Shown: positions 63,661-64,000 of the stretch, piece after piece
Position numbering within the stretch: the first letter of the stretch is position 1
How the letters are laid out: every line of letters begins with the position of its first letter
Assembly: GCF_963921235.1 (NCBI RefSeq)
Contig: NC_086097.1
Coordinates: 18,974,001 to 19,038,000, forward strand
DNA: 64,000 nucleotides
Reading direction: 5' to 3'
From: Mobula hypostoma
Lineage: Eukaryota
Position numbers and translations under genes: made by a program
The notes under the pieces: generated by a model
Told to the model about the DNA's origin: nothing
Database searches by the model: none
The model's input: the letters and a program-made list of their open reading frames with translations, nothing else

Positions 63661-64000
63661 GAATGAATAGAGCGGTATTTGTGGAAGGAAAGGAATGGAC
63701 AGGTTTGGACTTGCAACCCTAACAATTCCTTTCGTCCCACAGATGGTGCTTAACCCATAGAGTTCCTCCAGCAGGTTGCTTGTCACTTCAGATTCCAGCT
63801 TCTGCTGTCTCCTCTGTCTTCAGACTTCAACATTCCTAATTTCTTGGCCCAGAATCATCAAGAAGCAAACCATTGAATACAGCGAAGATCAGTGGGACAT
63901 TTGGAGCGGCGGAAGCTGAGGGAAGACCAGTTAAAAAGTTTATAAAATTGGAGGGGCATAGATAGAGTAGGCAGCTGATATCTTCTTCCTTTGTTAGAAA

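Noticed and set aside
47823..64000. Downstream SYNDIG1L exons (PPRDHLGL...CCFWPLGIAAF, CD225 domain)
   Set aside because: Not found by eye or in the ORF track; probably beyond the window, although a short exon could have been missed.

Overview
Repeat-dense vertebrate genomic DNA, most consistent with a cartilaginous fish, probably a ray. That assignment is inferred from the combination of HER1/CR1 LINEs, V-SINEs and abundant Penelope-like elements (PLEs). The only host coding sequence I can support is the first coding exon of SYNDIG1L (capucin/TMEM90A) on the + strand: CDS 47388-47822, exon probably starting at 47236, GT donor at 47823. Its transmembrane-domain exons were not found and probably lie beyond the window. 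The rest is intronic or upstream DNA packed with nested mobile elements: CR1 LINEs (some young), Rex1/Babar LINEs and non-coding derivatives, GIY-YIG PLEs, tRNA-derived SINEs, Tc1/mariner relics and MITEs, one RNase H-bearing I/Nimb-like LINE, and a decayed R2-clade fragment. The most interesting signals are: (i) minimal hammerhead ribozyme motifs in the PLE pseudo-LTR, with three copies catalytically intact and tiny insertions whose 5' ends map at or near the ribozyme; (ii) local templated-insertion and template-switch scars at 36.5-41.2 kb and 49.0-49.15 kb; (iii) the R2-like relic with no rDNA flank; (iv) a CpG-rich non-coding retroposon family. All family assignments come from reading motifs by eye, without database searches, and the boundaries of old repeats are approximate.
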